Source: a virus (lineage: Duplodnaviria; Heunggongvirae; Uroviricota; Caudoviricetes). Taken from it: a DNA stretch of 6,755 nt. Position 1 is the first letter of the stretch, and each line of letters opens with the position of its first letter. Location: IMG/VR virus record IMGVR_UViG_2706794690_000012, one strand, 5' to 3'. Positions 1-6,566 of this stretch are shown here, piece by piece. Below the pieces are notes generated by a model that saw only the letters and a list, made by a program, of their open reading frames with translations, had not been told where the DNA came from and did not search any database. Made by a program: the position numbers and the translations under genes.

Positions 1-12
1 GTCCAATGTGCA

Positions 13-50
13 TAAAAAAATCCGGAAACAAGTGAGCGTTTCCGGATTCT
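13..50 (-). terminator. Rho-independent terminator downstream of ratB, ending the ratA-ratB transcript
   Basis: Perfect 10-bp inverted repeat ATCCGGAAAC (20-29) / GTTTCCGGAT (38-47) with an 8-nt loop. An A7 tract at 14-20 on the plus strand gives a U7 tail on a minus-strand transcript. It lies about 75 nt past the ratB stop (125-127). Confidence 0.55.
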
Positions 51-124
51 TACACAGCCACTGGATCGGTCAACTGATCCTTAACTGATCGGCATTAGCT
101 CAATGAGCACCTTTTTTCTGTCTG

Positions 125-415
125 TTATTTATTCGCTGATTTTTCTGCTCGTTGCCTGCGAAGCTCTTTCGGATCGGCAATGAGAGGGCGATAAATCTCC
201 ACCCGATCGCCATCATGCACACTATCGCTTAGTTTTGCCGGACGGCTGTAAATGCCGACTTTGTTTTTAGTTAAATCGATATCGGTACGCAATTCCAGCA
301 AGCCACTGGCGCGAATAGCTTCTTCAACCGTCGCGCCCTCCTGCAGCGTCACGCGCTGCAGGTACTGCTTCTCAGGTAGCGCATAAGCCACCTCAACGGC
401 AATTTTACCTAGCAC
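125..415 (-). CDS. ratB: RatB (YfjF, UPF0125 / RnfH-like small protein), 96 aa, GTG start
   Basis: The ORF track gives 125..499, but the upstream part overlaps the ratA coding end. An in-frame GTG at 413-415 is preceded by AAAGAGGT with a 5-nt spacer and yields a 96-aa product ([17 protein letters not shown]...AEKSANK), the length I recall for E. coli YfjF. The start overlaps the ratA stop by 11 nt in another frame. Confidence 0.8.
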   Translation of the reverse strand: MLGKIAVEVAYALPEKQYLQRVTLQEGATVEEAIRASGLLELRTDIDLTKNKVGIYSRPAKLSDSVHDGDRVEIYRPLIADPKELRRQRAEKSANK

Positions 416-881
416 TGTAAACCTCTTTCGCACGAACCGTAAAAGCCTGGACCATATTAGACGCCAGCTCTTTAAACACGCGACCAAAGGCGAGTTCAAT
501 CAACTTATTGGTAAACTCAAAGTCGAGATGAAACTCGATACGACACGCCTCCTGGCTCAGCGGCGTAAACTTCCATCCACCAATCAATTTCTTGAACGGC
601 CCATCCACCAGATTCATAAGAATACTTTGGTTACTGGTCAACTGGTTGCGGGTAGTAAACGTTTTGCTGATCCCAGCCTTAGAGACATCTACCGCCGCAG
701 TCATCTGCCCAGGAGTGGACTCCAGAATCCGACTTCCGGTACAACCCGGCAAAAACTGAGGATAAGACTGAACGTCATTCACTAACTGATACATTTGCTC
801 CGCGCTGTAGGGTACCAGTGCGGTCCGGCTAATCTGAGGCATAACTATTTCCATCAACAAAAATCCAACAAATAATATCAT
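405..881 (-). CDS. ratA: Ribosome association toxin RatA (YfjG; SRPBCC / polyketide cyclase-like fold), 158 aa
   Basis: Complete ORF beginning [43 protein letters not shown], matching E. coli RatA as I recall it. It sits in the conserved position divergent from smpB. An alternative internal ATG at 840-842 (MPQISR...) cannot be excluded from sequence alone. Confidence 0.85.
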   Translation of the reverse strand: MILFVGFLLMEIVMPQISRTALVPYSAEQMYQLVNDVQSYPQFLPGCTGSRILESTPGQMTAAVDVSKAGISKTFTTRNQLTSNQSILMNLVDGPFKKLIGGWKFTPLSQEACRIEFHLDFEFTNKLIELAFGRVFKELASNMVQAFTVRAKEVYSAR

Positions 882-1012
882 TTATCCTGCTGTAAAAAAA
901 ACGCTATCCCGGCGCTGGGTAACATCGGGTTCATGCTAAGATAGAGCCTTGTCCCCCGCAGGATTGATATGGGGTGTTTTCGATTTCAGATTACCGATGA
1001 TTCACGACGCTT
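882..1012. promoter_or_regulatory. Divergent intergenic region expected to hold the ratA (minus) and smpB (plus) promoters
   Basis: A 131-bp AT-rich spacer between two divergently transcribed genes. No hexamers could be assigned confidently by eye. Confidence 0.3.
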
Positions 1013-1495
1013 ATGACGAAGAAAAAAGCACATAAACCTGGTTCAGCGACCATCGCGCTTAACAAGCGCGCCCGTCACGAATACTTTATCGAAGAAGAGT
1101 TCGAAGCGGGACTTGCCCTGCAAGGCTGGGAAGTTAAATCCCTGCGCGCAGGAAAAGCCAATATCAGCGACAGCTACGTCCTTCTGCGTGACGGAGAGGC
1201 ATTTCTGTTTGGCGCTAACATCACGCCAATGGCCGTGGCCTCCACGCATGTGGTGTGCGATCCTACCCGTACCCGCAAGTTACTTCTCAACCAGCGCGAA
1301 CTGGACTCATTGTACGGTCGCGTCAATCGAGAAGGCTATACCGTAGTGGCGCTCTCCCTGTACTGGAAAAATGCCTGGTGCAAAGTGAAAATCGGCGTCG
1401 CCAAAGGTAAAAAACAGCACGATAAACGTTCAGATATCAAAGAACGCGAATGGCAGGTGGATAAAGCACGTATCATGAAAAACGCCCACCGTTAA
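1013..1495 (+). CDS. smpB: SsrA-binding protein SmpB (trans-translation factor), 160 aa
   Basis: Complete [67 protein letters not shown]...; I recognise this as enterobacterial SmpB. It lies immediately upstream of ssrA, as in E. coli. Confidence 0.95.
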
Positions 1496-1665
1496 ACCTG
1501 CACTCCAATTATTGACCAGTTCCTCACCGCGCCTCCCTCTCCGGCGGCGCGAATGAACATCTTATTGGCTATCACATCCGACACAAATGTTGCCATCCCA
1601 TTGCTTAATCGAATAAAAATCAGGCTACATGGGTGCTAAATCTTTAACGATAACGCCATTGAGGC

Positions 1666-1695
1666 TGGTCATGGCGCTCATAAATCTGGTATACT
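1666..1695 (+). promoter_or_regulatory. Candidate sigma70 promoter for ssrA
   Basis: A -10-like TATACT at 1690-1695, about 14 nt upstream of the mature tmRNA 5' end (1710). A weak -35-like TGGTCA at 1666-1671 with an 18-bp spacer. The implied short 5' leader would be removed by RNase P. Confidence 0.3.
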
Positions 1696-1709
1696 TACCT
1701 TTACACATT

Positions 1710-2072
1710 GGGGCTGATTCTGGATTCGACGGGATTTGCGAAACCCAAGGTGCATGCCGAGGGGCGGTTGGCCTCGTAAAAAGCCGCAAAAAATAGTCGC
1801 AAACGACGAAAACTACGCTTTAGCAGCTTAATAACCTGCTTAGAGCCCTCTCTCCCTAGCCTCCGCTCTTAGGACGGGGATCAAGAGAGGTCAAACCCAA
1901 AAGAGATCGCGTGGAAGCCCTGCCTGGGGTTGAAGCGTTAAAACTTAATCAGGCTAGTTTGTTAGTGGCGTGTCCGTCCGCAGCTGGCAAGCGAATGTAA
2001 AGACTGACTAAGCATGTAGTACCGAGGATGTAGGAATTTCGGACGCGGGTTCAACTCCCGCCAGCTCCACCA
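1710..2072 (+). ncRNA. ssrA: tmRNA (SsrA, 10Sa RNA), complete 363-nt mature sequence ending in CCA
   Basis: Begins GGGGCTGATTCTGGATTCGACGGG (tRNA-like acceptor 5' half) and ends GGACGCGGGTTCAACTCCCGCCAGCTCCACCA (T-arm plus acceptor 3' half plus CCA). The internal tag frame is present. The sequence matches E. coli ssrA as I recall it. Confidence 0.95.
1799..1831 (+). other. tmRNA tag-peptide reading frame: GCA AAC GAC GAA AAC TAC GCT TTA GCA GCT TAA, encoding ANDENYALAA plus stop
   Basis: The exact canonical E. coli degradation tag codons, read directly inside ssrA. Confidence 0.9.
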
Positions 2073-2190
2073 CTTTTGACAGGACTGCAACCGGACAGAG
2101 ACTATAAAAACAGTCACTTACGGACACTGACCAGACAGTAAGCGGACCAGAAAAAGACAAAAATATACACGCAAAATGCACGTGCATTTC

Positions 2191-2226
2191 AAAAAAGCCT
2201 CTGATTATGAAGTCAGAGGCTTTTCT
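2191..2226. terminator. Bidirectional rho-independent terminator between ssrA and the convergent phage tail operon
   Basis: Perfect 8-bp stem GCCTCTGA (2197-2204) / TCAGAGGC (2213-2220) with an 8-nt loop, flanked by A6 (2191-2196) and TTTTCT (2221-2226). It lies about 45 nt past the stop of the last minus-strand ORF (2271) and about 120 nt past the ssrA 3' end. Confidence 0.6.
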
Positions 2227-2270
2227 AGTTGTAAATAAGGGTAACAATTTAACACGATGCAGCTTACCAA

Positions 2271-2492
2271 TTACGTAACATCAAACGCTCTAATTGTTCC
2301 CAAATCCTCCAGACCACTCAGCTCCTCTTTCATTTCACGCTGACGGCGATAAATCTCATCGTTGCGATCGACCTGCGCCTGCACCATTGCTGCCGCCAGT
2401 TCTTCCAGTTCCGGCATCGACAGTTTCACCTGCTGATTATCGGCATCACCCCACGCCATATGCGTTTGTGCTGTGACAGATTTTGCCAGCAT
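2271..2492 (-). CDS. Hypothetical small protein (73 aa from the ATG; frame open upstream to 2525), predicted helical; possibly the C-terminal part of a frameshifted tail-fibre chaperone
   Basis: Codon usage is E. coli-like (ctg gaa gaa ctg gcg gca gca atg gtg cag...). It is the last ORF before the terminator in the tail-fibre operon. No clear RBS precedes the ATG at 2490-2492. It overlaps the preceding ORF in another frame. Confidence 0.4.
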   Translation of the reverse strand: MLAKSVTAQTHMAWGDADNQQVKLSMPELEELAAAMVQAQVDRNDEIYRRQREMKEELSGLEDLGTIRAFDVT

Positions 2493-2700
2493 GACTACCG
2501 GGGACAGGCGGCCCAGTGAGTCGGGCTATCTCACCCCATTTGCCACTTTGCAGTTCCTGCCAGATTCGCTGACCCGTCGGTGCGACATCATCAGCGGTGG
2601 CTGTGTAGGGGACTGCCTGGTCCCTGTCGTCAAAAAAAACGTCACAGTCTACTGCGCCACTTTCGGTATAACGGGGATTAATGATTTTTTTAATTTCCAC
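2446..2700 (-). CDS. Hypothetical protein (84 aa, GTG start) directly downstream of the Stf-like gene; possible N-terminal part of a tail-fibre assembly/chaperone protein
   Basis: An in-frame GTG at 2698-2700 is preceded by GAGGAA with a 6-nt spacer, directly after the Stf stop (TGA 2711-2713). The ORF-track ATG at 2758-2760 would overlap Stf by 50 nt. The product ends in a proline-rich stretch (LTGPPVPG) reminiscent of Tfa inter-domain linkers. Confidence 0.4.
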   Translation of the reverse strand: MEIKKIINPRYTESGAVDCDVFFDDRDQAVPYTATADDVAPTGQRIWQELQSGKWGEIARLTGPPVPGSHAGKICHSTNAYGVG

Positions 2701-2710
2701 GGTGCATTCC

Positions 2711-3979
2711 TCACGATGTGCGAATAAAAAGCCCGGGCATTGCGCCAGAGACATGAGCATCCGGCACCCCGGACAGGGCGCTATATGACCCCGGTAATGA
2801 ATGCTCTGAACATCCCGTAATGAAAAATTGTGGGGATGCTATATACGTTCCGGTGGGAGTACTGGGCACTGAAATCCCCACCGGTCCCAGTCGTGAGCCT
2901 CTGTATGACTGCCCCCTGACAAGTCTGATGACTTTATCACCGTCAGCTTCTCCCTGGTACGCAGCAATAATCAGCCCGCCAATGTCAGGGTCTCCCCATC
3001 TGTTGCAGACAGAGCTCGCCACGATTCTGTAAATAATATCTTCTGTGGTTATATTTATTTTCACCCAGCCAGTCAGTCTGGATATGGGCCAGTAGCAGTA
3101 GCGGGTGTGATAAATGGGGCCGTTAATGCCGTAAAAAGTAAGGGATTTGGCTCTGTACCTCGGTTCTGTTGTCTCAGGGCGTGCATCAGTCCACCGGATG
3201 CTGAGCACCCCTTCAAACCGTGTGTCGGGTATGATGATGTCGTAGGGGCCAGCAACGGAATATTCACCTGGCAGCGCATTCCTTACCCAGGCCAGGAAAT
3301 CACTCTTAGTGTCAAAACGGATAACATCTTCAGGCAGAAAAGCACACCCAAAGCCGAATGCGCCGGGTATCGCCAGACGGCCTTTTGTCCGGTCGTAAAT
3401 GTCGCTCTGTGCTTCCATCGTGGCCGCACTTTTCAGCCCCAGATTATCCCGGGACTTCTGTTGTGCCTTTTCGCCTGCTGCTGCGATTTCAGACAGATGG
3501 TTAGCCGTTTTCAGAGTGCCGGTCAGCGCAGCATCAATGTCATTTTTGGCCTGCTCTGCTGCGCGGGCATAACCTGCGGCTGCCGCCACATCCTGCGCCG
3601 TCTGCTGTGCGTTTCCGGCTGCGGCCCCGGCGCTCTGCTGCGCCTGCGCCACCATTTCCTCAAAGCGTTTGACGACATCCGGTTTCAGGTCGCCCTCATC
3701 AGGAGCAATCAGAAAGTCATTCAGCGTGCCGGGCTTTGAGTCGTCGTATACAGCAATGTCGCCAACACAGTACTCGTCGCGCCAGTCCCGTTTCAGATAC
3801 ACGCAATATTTTCCGACCTGTGCCTCAAACGAATATTCACCGTTATTTCCGGTCACTACATCAGCCCTGGTACGCATCACCACTTCTGAGGTGTTTACAC
3901 GGGATTTCAGAATAATCTGGCATCCGGACATGGGGATGCCTGCGCCATCAGTCAGCGCACCTGATATCACTACAGACAT
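2711..3979 (-). CDS. Side tail fibre protein, 422 aa, with a lambda Stf-like N-terminal domain, an Ala/Gln-rich shaft and an unrecognised C-terminal region
   Basis: The N-terminus MSVVISGALTDGAGIPMSGCQIILKSRVNTSEVV...VYDDSKPGTLNDFL parallels lambda Stf (MAVKISGVLKDGTGKPVQNCTIQLKARRNSTTVV...VYEDSQPGTLNDFL; recalled from memory). This is followed by an AAAGNAQQTAQDVAAAAGYARAAEQAK-type shaft. The last roughly 230 aa have no family I recognise. Confidence 0.85.
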   Translation of the reverse strand: MSVVISGALTDGAGIPMSGCQIILKSRVNTSEVVMRTRADVVTGNNGEYSFEAQVGKYCVYLKRDWRDEYCVGDIAVYDDSKPGTLNDFLIAPDEGDLKPDVVKRFEEMVAQAQQSAGAAAGNAQQTAQDVAAAAGYARAAEQAKNDIDAALTGTLKTANHLSEIAAAGEKAQQKSRDNLGLKSAATMEAQSDIYDRTKGRLAIPGAFGFGCAFLPEDVIRFDTKSDFLAWVRNALPGEYSVAGPYDIIIPDTRFEGVLSIRWTDARPETTEPRYRAKSLTFYGINGPIYHTRYCYWPISRLTGWVKINITTEDIIYRIVASSVCNRWGDPDIGGLIIAAYQGEADGDKVIRLVRGQSYRGSRLGPVGISVPSTPTGTYIASPQFFITGCSEHSLPGSYSALSGVPDAHVSGAMPGLFIRTS

Positions 3980-4002
3980 AGTTTTTCTCGCGATAAATTA
4001 AA

Positions 4003-4548
4003 TCAGGAAGAACCTTCCGGAGAGACGGACCATTCAATGGCGTTATATGAGGATTTATCAGTGATGGTGCTGAAATCCATCGCCTGCAGCGATTTCGCGT
4101 AAATACGGTACGCTTTCAGTTTTTCCCGGTCTTCGTCGCTGATTAGCCCCAGCAGCAGGTCTTCTTCCCATTCCCCTGTCCGGGCACTGACCTGAGCCAG
4201 AAGGGCATCACGCTCATCTTCCGCTTTGAGTCTGTAGTCAAAGACAAATTCATCATTGCGGTAAAACCAGTAACCCGGCGCGGTAATGCGGCGGTTGGCG
4301 GTAATATCAGGAACTTCAATAACACTGGCGTTACGGGGTTCAATGCCTGTCACATCCTTACCGACCCACACCACGCGCCCGTCTCCGGTGTAAACCATTT
4401 TTATGGTGTCACTGGCAAAGTTCTTCTGTTCTTCATACCAGTTTTTGCCGTCTTCCGAAAAAAGCCAGGTGACATCATACTGTTTTGTCAGCTGATATTA
4501 TTCCGCGGTTTTCGGATTACCTGCCGTAATATTTTTTAAATGCAACAT
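4003..4548 (-). pseudogene. Tail-fibre assembly protein (Mu U / TfaE-like) interrupted by an in-frame ochre stop at codon 17; the ORF track shows only the distal 131-aa part (4003..4398)
   Basis: The ATG at 4546-4548 sits 2 nt after the upstream tail-fibre stop (TAA 4551-4553). It reads MLHLKNITAGNPKTAE, then TAA at 4498-4500, then continues in the same frame YQLTKQYDVTWLFSEDGKNWYEEQKNF...ITANRR...IEWSVSPE. The N-terminal signature matches Mu U / TfaE-type proteins (MHLKNI.AGN.KT..QY.LTK...DGKNWYEE) as I recall them. Confidence 0.6.
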
Positions 4549-4550
4549 TG

Positions 4551-5603
4551 TTAAATACTCGCTACGTTATACCAGGTGCCATTAATCAGTTTTTGCAGCG
4601 GTCGGTAATACACGCCGTTGACGTTATCCGCTGAGTTACGGCCGGTATCCGATATCGATATCCCTGACAGCCCGTGTCCCGAAGGTGAGCGAAATGTCCA
4701 CGAAACGGTGTTACTGCCGGGGGGGTAATACATTTCATAACCATACCGCACATCCTGCACGCCACCATTTCGCTGCTGGTAACGGGCATCAAAGTTTCCG
4801 TAGTCTGACGGTGTTACCCGTCCTGTAACGTTTACAGCTTTATTACTCTGGATACTGCCACTCTGAAAACGCAACACATGCACGCTATTGGCATAAACAT
4901 CCAGCAGGCCATCACCATTCTGTTTGAATCCGGTGTCATTATCACCAAGAACAATTGAATTCCCCCCCAGGGCGTTCTGAACGCCGATACCCAGCGCACC
5001 ATTGACCTGCGAACCACCGCCAACAGACACTTTATGCGACATGGATATTTCACCCGTCCGCAGATTAATGGTGAACGGGCGCAGGGGACCAATATCGCCA
5101 TTTTCCCCCTGACCTTCACTGGTGGGAATAAGGTGCAGGCACTCTTCCGAACGACGAAAAATCAGGCCAAAAGCTTCGTTGAAAATCCTCAGCGCATTAA
5201 CACCACGGATTTTCAGCTCTCCGGTCATGGTGTCGCCATCACGCTGAACGGCATTTTTTGCCTTATCCACCGTGGGTTTTAATCCGAGGTTTTCAACAGC
5301 CTCATCCCTGTCTTCCACATCCGAAAGGTTATTTTTTATCAGCAATGCCTCTTCGTTAATTGCACCGCCCACCAGCAATAATATAGCCTTATATAGCTGG
5401 TCGTGTTCTTCTTTATTCAGTTCTATCCCGGCCTTCTCAATGACACCACAGATTTCCTCCTGAATGGCATTCCACATGGCACTGTTCAGCCAGGTAGCAA
5501 GACGTCCTGTGCGAAGATTTCCGTCAGTAAATCCGTTCTTACCCGGACCAAACTTATCTTTTACCGCAGTCAGCGTATCAATCCTGTGCATCTTCATCCT
5601 CAT
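4551..5603 (-). CDS. Tail fibre protein (Mu S-like), 350 aa
   Basis: The N-terminal motif FTDGNLRTGRLATWLNSAMWNAIQEEICGVIEKAGIELN resembles the conserved N-terminal region of Mu S-type tail fibres. The C-terminal part is Gly/Asn/Ser-rich. It is followed 2 nt later by the Tfa start. Possible starts at 5603, 5597 or 5591 all overlap the upstream gene. Confidence 0.8.
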   Translation of the reverse strand: MRMKMHRIDTLTAVKDKFGPGKNGFTDGNLRTGRLATWLNSAMWNAIQEEICGVIEKAGIELNKEEHDQLYKAILLLVGGAINEEALLIKNNLSDVEDRDEAVENLGLKPTVDKAKNAVQRDGDTMTGELKIRGVNALRIFNEAFGLIFRRSEECLHLIPTSEGQGENGDIGPLRPFTINLRTGEISMSHKVSVGGGSQVNGALGIGVQNALGGNSIVLGDNDTGFKQNGDGLLDVYANSVHVLRFQSGSIQSNKAVNVTGRVTPSDYGNFDARYQQRNGGVQDVRYGYEMYYPPGSNTVSWTFRSPSGHGLSGISISDTGRNSADNVNGVYYRPLQKLINGTWYNVASI

Positions 5604-6168
5604 CTGGATAGGAAAATAAAACGACGGTGTGTGACGGACATAATTTATTAATCACGCACTCCGCAACCGTATCCCCCCACGTCCGGATCGGTGTGTTGCA
5701 GGCGTCCGTGCATGTCTGCCACTGAGCACCGGCATCCATCGGCAACGTCACACGCCAGAAATAACGCCAGCGATCTCCCCATTCCGGATCGGGGCTTGCA
5801 TCCAAGTGCTGGAACTGTTCGATCGTTACGCCGGTATATCCCAGCGCCTCAAGCTGATCCAGGAAGAACTGCTCATTTATGCCACCAGCCACATTGGCTT
5901 TTGCTTCAAGACGTTGCTGACGCTGGCGTAATGTCTGGGTTCCGACAGGGGAACAGGAATCAGGTAAACCATACAATTCTTCATAACGTTCAATCAGCTC
6001 TGTGGACTGACCGGGATCGATTTCAATCACCAGTTCATCAGCCCGCTGGTGAACACGCACAAGCGATGGTGCCAGACCGTCAAGTACACCGTCGGTATCT
6101 GACCATGCAGGCCCCGGCGGCATCAGTCCGTACAGCAGCTTTGTATAATCATCCTGTAACGAATCCAT
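5578..6168 (-). CDS. Phage tail protein, Mu gp48 / P2 gpI / YmfQ-like (DUF2313-type), 196 aa
   Basis: The N-terminus MDSLQDDYTKLLYGLMPPGPAWS and the C-terminal TWGDTVAECVINKLCPSHTVVLFSY follow the pattern of YmfQ/gp48-like tail proteins (from memory). It sits between the baseplate J-like and tail-fibre genes as in Mu and P2. Its ATG (6166-6168) overlaps the upstream stop in a TAATG arrangement. Confidence 0.75.
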   Translation of the reverse strand: MDSLQDDYTKLLYGLMPPGPAWSDTDGVLDGLAPSLVRVHQRADELVIEIDPGQSTELIERYEELYGLPDSCSPVGTQTLRQRQQRLEAKANVAGGINEQFFLDQLEALGYTGVTIEQFQHLDASPDPEWGDRWRYFWRVTLPMDAGAQWQTCTDACNTPIRTWGDTVAECVINKLCPSHTVVLFSYPDEDEDAQD

Positions 6169-6566
6169 TATTTACTCCTTGCCGGGTCATAAGCCTGCCA
6201 GGTGATCTCGCCGAGCACCGGAAGCTCGGTCTCCCCCAGGTCAATATCCGATGAAGGGACGATTAACCGGTGGGCCACTTCACCAGCAGACAAACTGATG
6301 GCCTCACTGATTCTGGACAGATACATACGCCCCTCTGGCACACCATCCCGTAACATCAGTGCATTCAGCTCTGCTTTTATTGCAGTCCTGATCTGCGGTG
6401 TGTCTTTCGATAATGCAATCGTCATCGGGATGACTTTTTCTGTGGCACCGAATACATACAATCCGCTTCCGGCAACAGGTGCCAGAGGAAGGATGTGGTC
6501 CCTGACTGCGTTAATCACGCTTTCATCCGGGGCCGGGCGTTCCGGATCGTTTGTCGCCACCATCAC
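6168..6566 (-). CDS. Baseplate J-like protein (Mu gp47 / P2 gpJ family), C-terminal portion; the frame stays open upstream to an in-frame TAA at 6681-6683 and again from there to the window edge
   Basis: The ORF-track product MVATNDPERPAPDESVINAVRDHILPLAPVAGSGLYVFGATEKVIPMTIAL... has the layout of baseplate J C-terminal halves. The in-frame upstream translation VGSITGGADPDYVIWAKEVQGINRAWTFRHWKGTGTVGV also looks coding. The gene is therefore probably truncated or disrupted rather than a true 132-aa protein. Confidence 0.6.
   Translation of the reverse strand: MMVATNDPERPAPDESVINAVRDHILPLAPVAGSGLYVFGATEKVIPMTIALSKDTPQIRTAIKAELNALMLRDGVPEGRMYLSRISEAISLSAGEVAHRLIVPSSDIDLGETELPVLGEITWQAYDPARSK

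Noticed and set aside
96-120. Small hairpin (GCTC/GAGC) followed by a T6 run on the plus strand
   Set aside because: A 4-bp stem with a 3-nt loop is too weak to call as a terminator; the stronger hairpin at 13-50 explains termination here.
528-785. 85-aa plus-strand ORF
   Set aside because: It lies entirely antisense within ratA, whose identity is secure, and has no RBS or recognisable product; it is a shadow ORF.
1043-1346. 68-aa minus-strand and 77-aa plus-strand ORFs inside smpB
   Set aside because: They overlap the well-supported smpB frame and are alternative-frame or antisense artefacts.
1527-1551. GC-rich inverted repeat (CGCGCC...GGCGCG) just after the smpB stop
   Set aside because: It has a long imperfect loop and no following U-tract, so it cannot be supported as an intrinsic terminator from sequence.
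2008-2247. 79-aa minus-strand ORF
   Set aside because: It overlaps the ssrA 3' end and the terminator hairpin and is not plausible as a gene.
2073-2270. Integrase or excisionase gene expected next to ssrA
   Set aside because: No ORF of adequate length or integrase-like translation exists between ssrA and the tail genes; the region is non-coding.
3107-3739. 210-aa plus-strand ORF
   Set aside because: It is antisense to the Stf-like gene, and its product is Cys/Arg/Leu-rich and low-complexity. The minus-strand frame has the recognisable Stf homology and coding-like codon usage.
4501-4530. Possible Gin/Hin/Pin-type crossover half-site (GGTAATCCGAAAACC on the minus strand)
   Set aside because: It resembles only one half of a 26-bp gix/hix-like site. 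The partner half is missing, it lies inside the conserved N-terminal coding region of the assembly gene rather than at a fibre constant/variable junction, and no invertase gene is in the window.
2711-5603. Diversity-generating retroelement targeting the fibre C-termini
   Set aside because: There is no reverse transcriptase ORF in the window, and I could not see a template/variable repeat pair by eye. This would need a computational repeat search to exclude fully.
5691-6254. 187-aa plus-strand ORF
   Set aside because: It is antisense to the gp48-like and J-like genes, with an Arg/His/Pro-rich junk-like translation. Other short plus-strand ORFs in 2294-3032 and 5034-6692, and minus-strand ORFs at 3073..3279, 4143..4343, 4586..4792 and 4832..5119, are rejected for the same reason.
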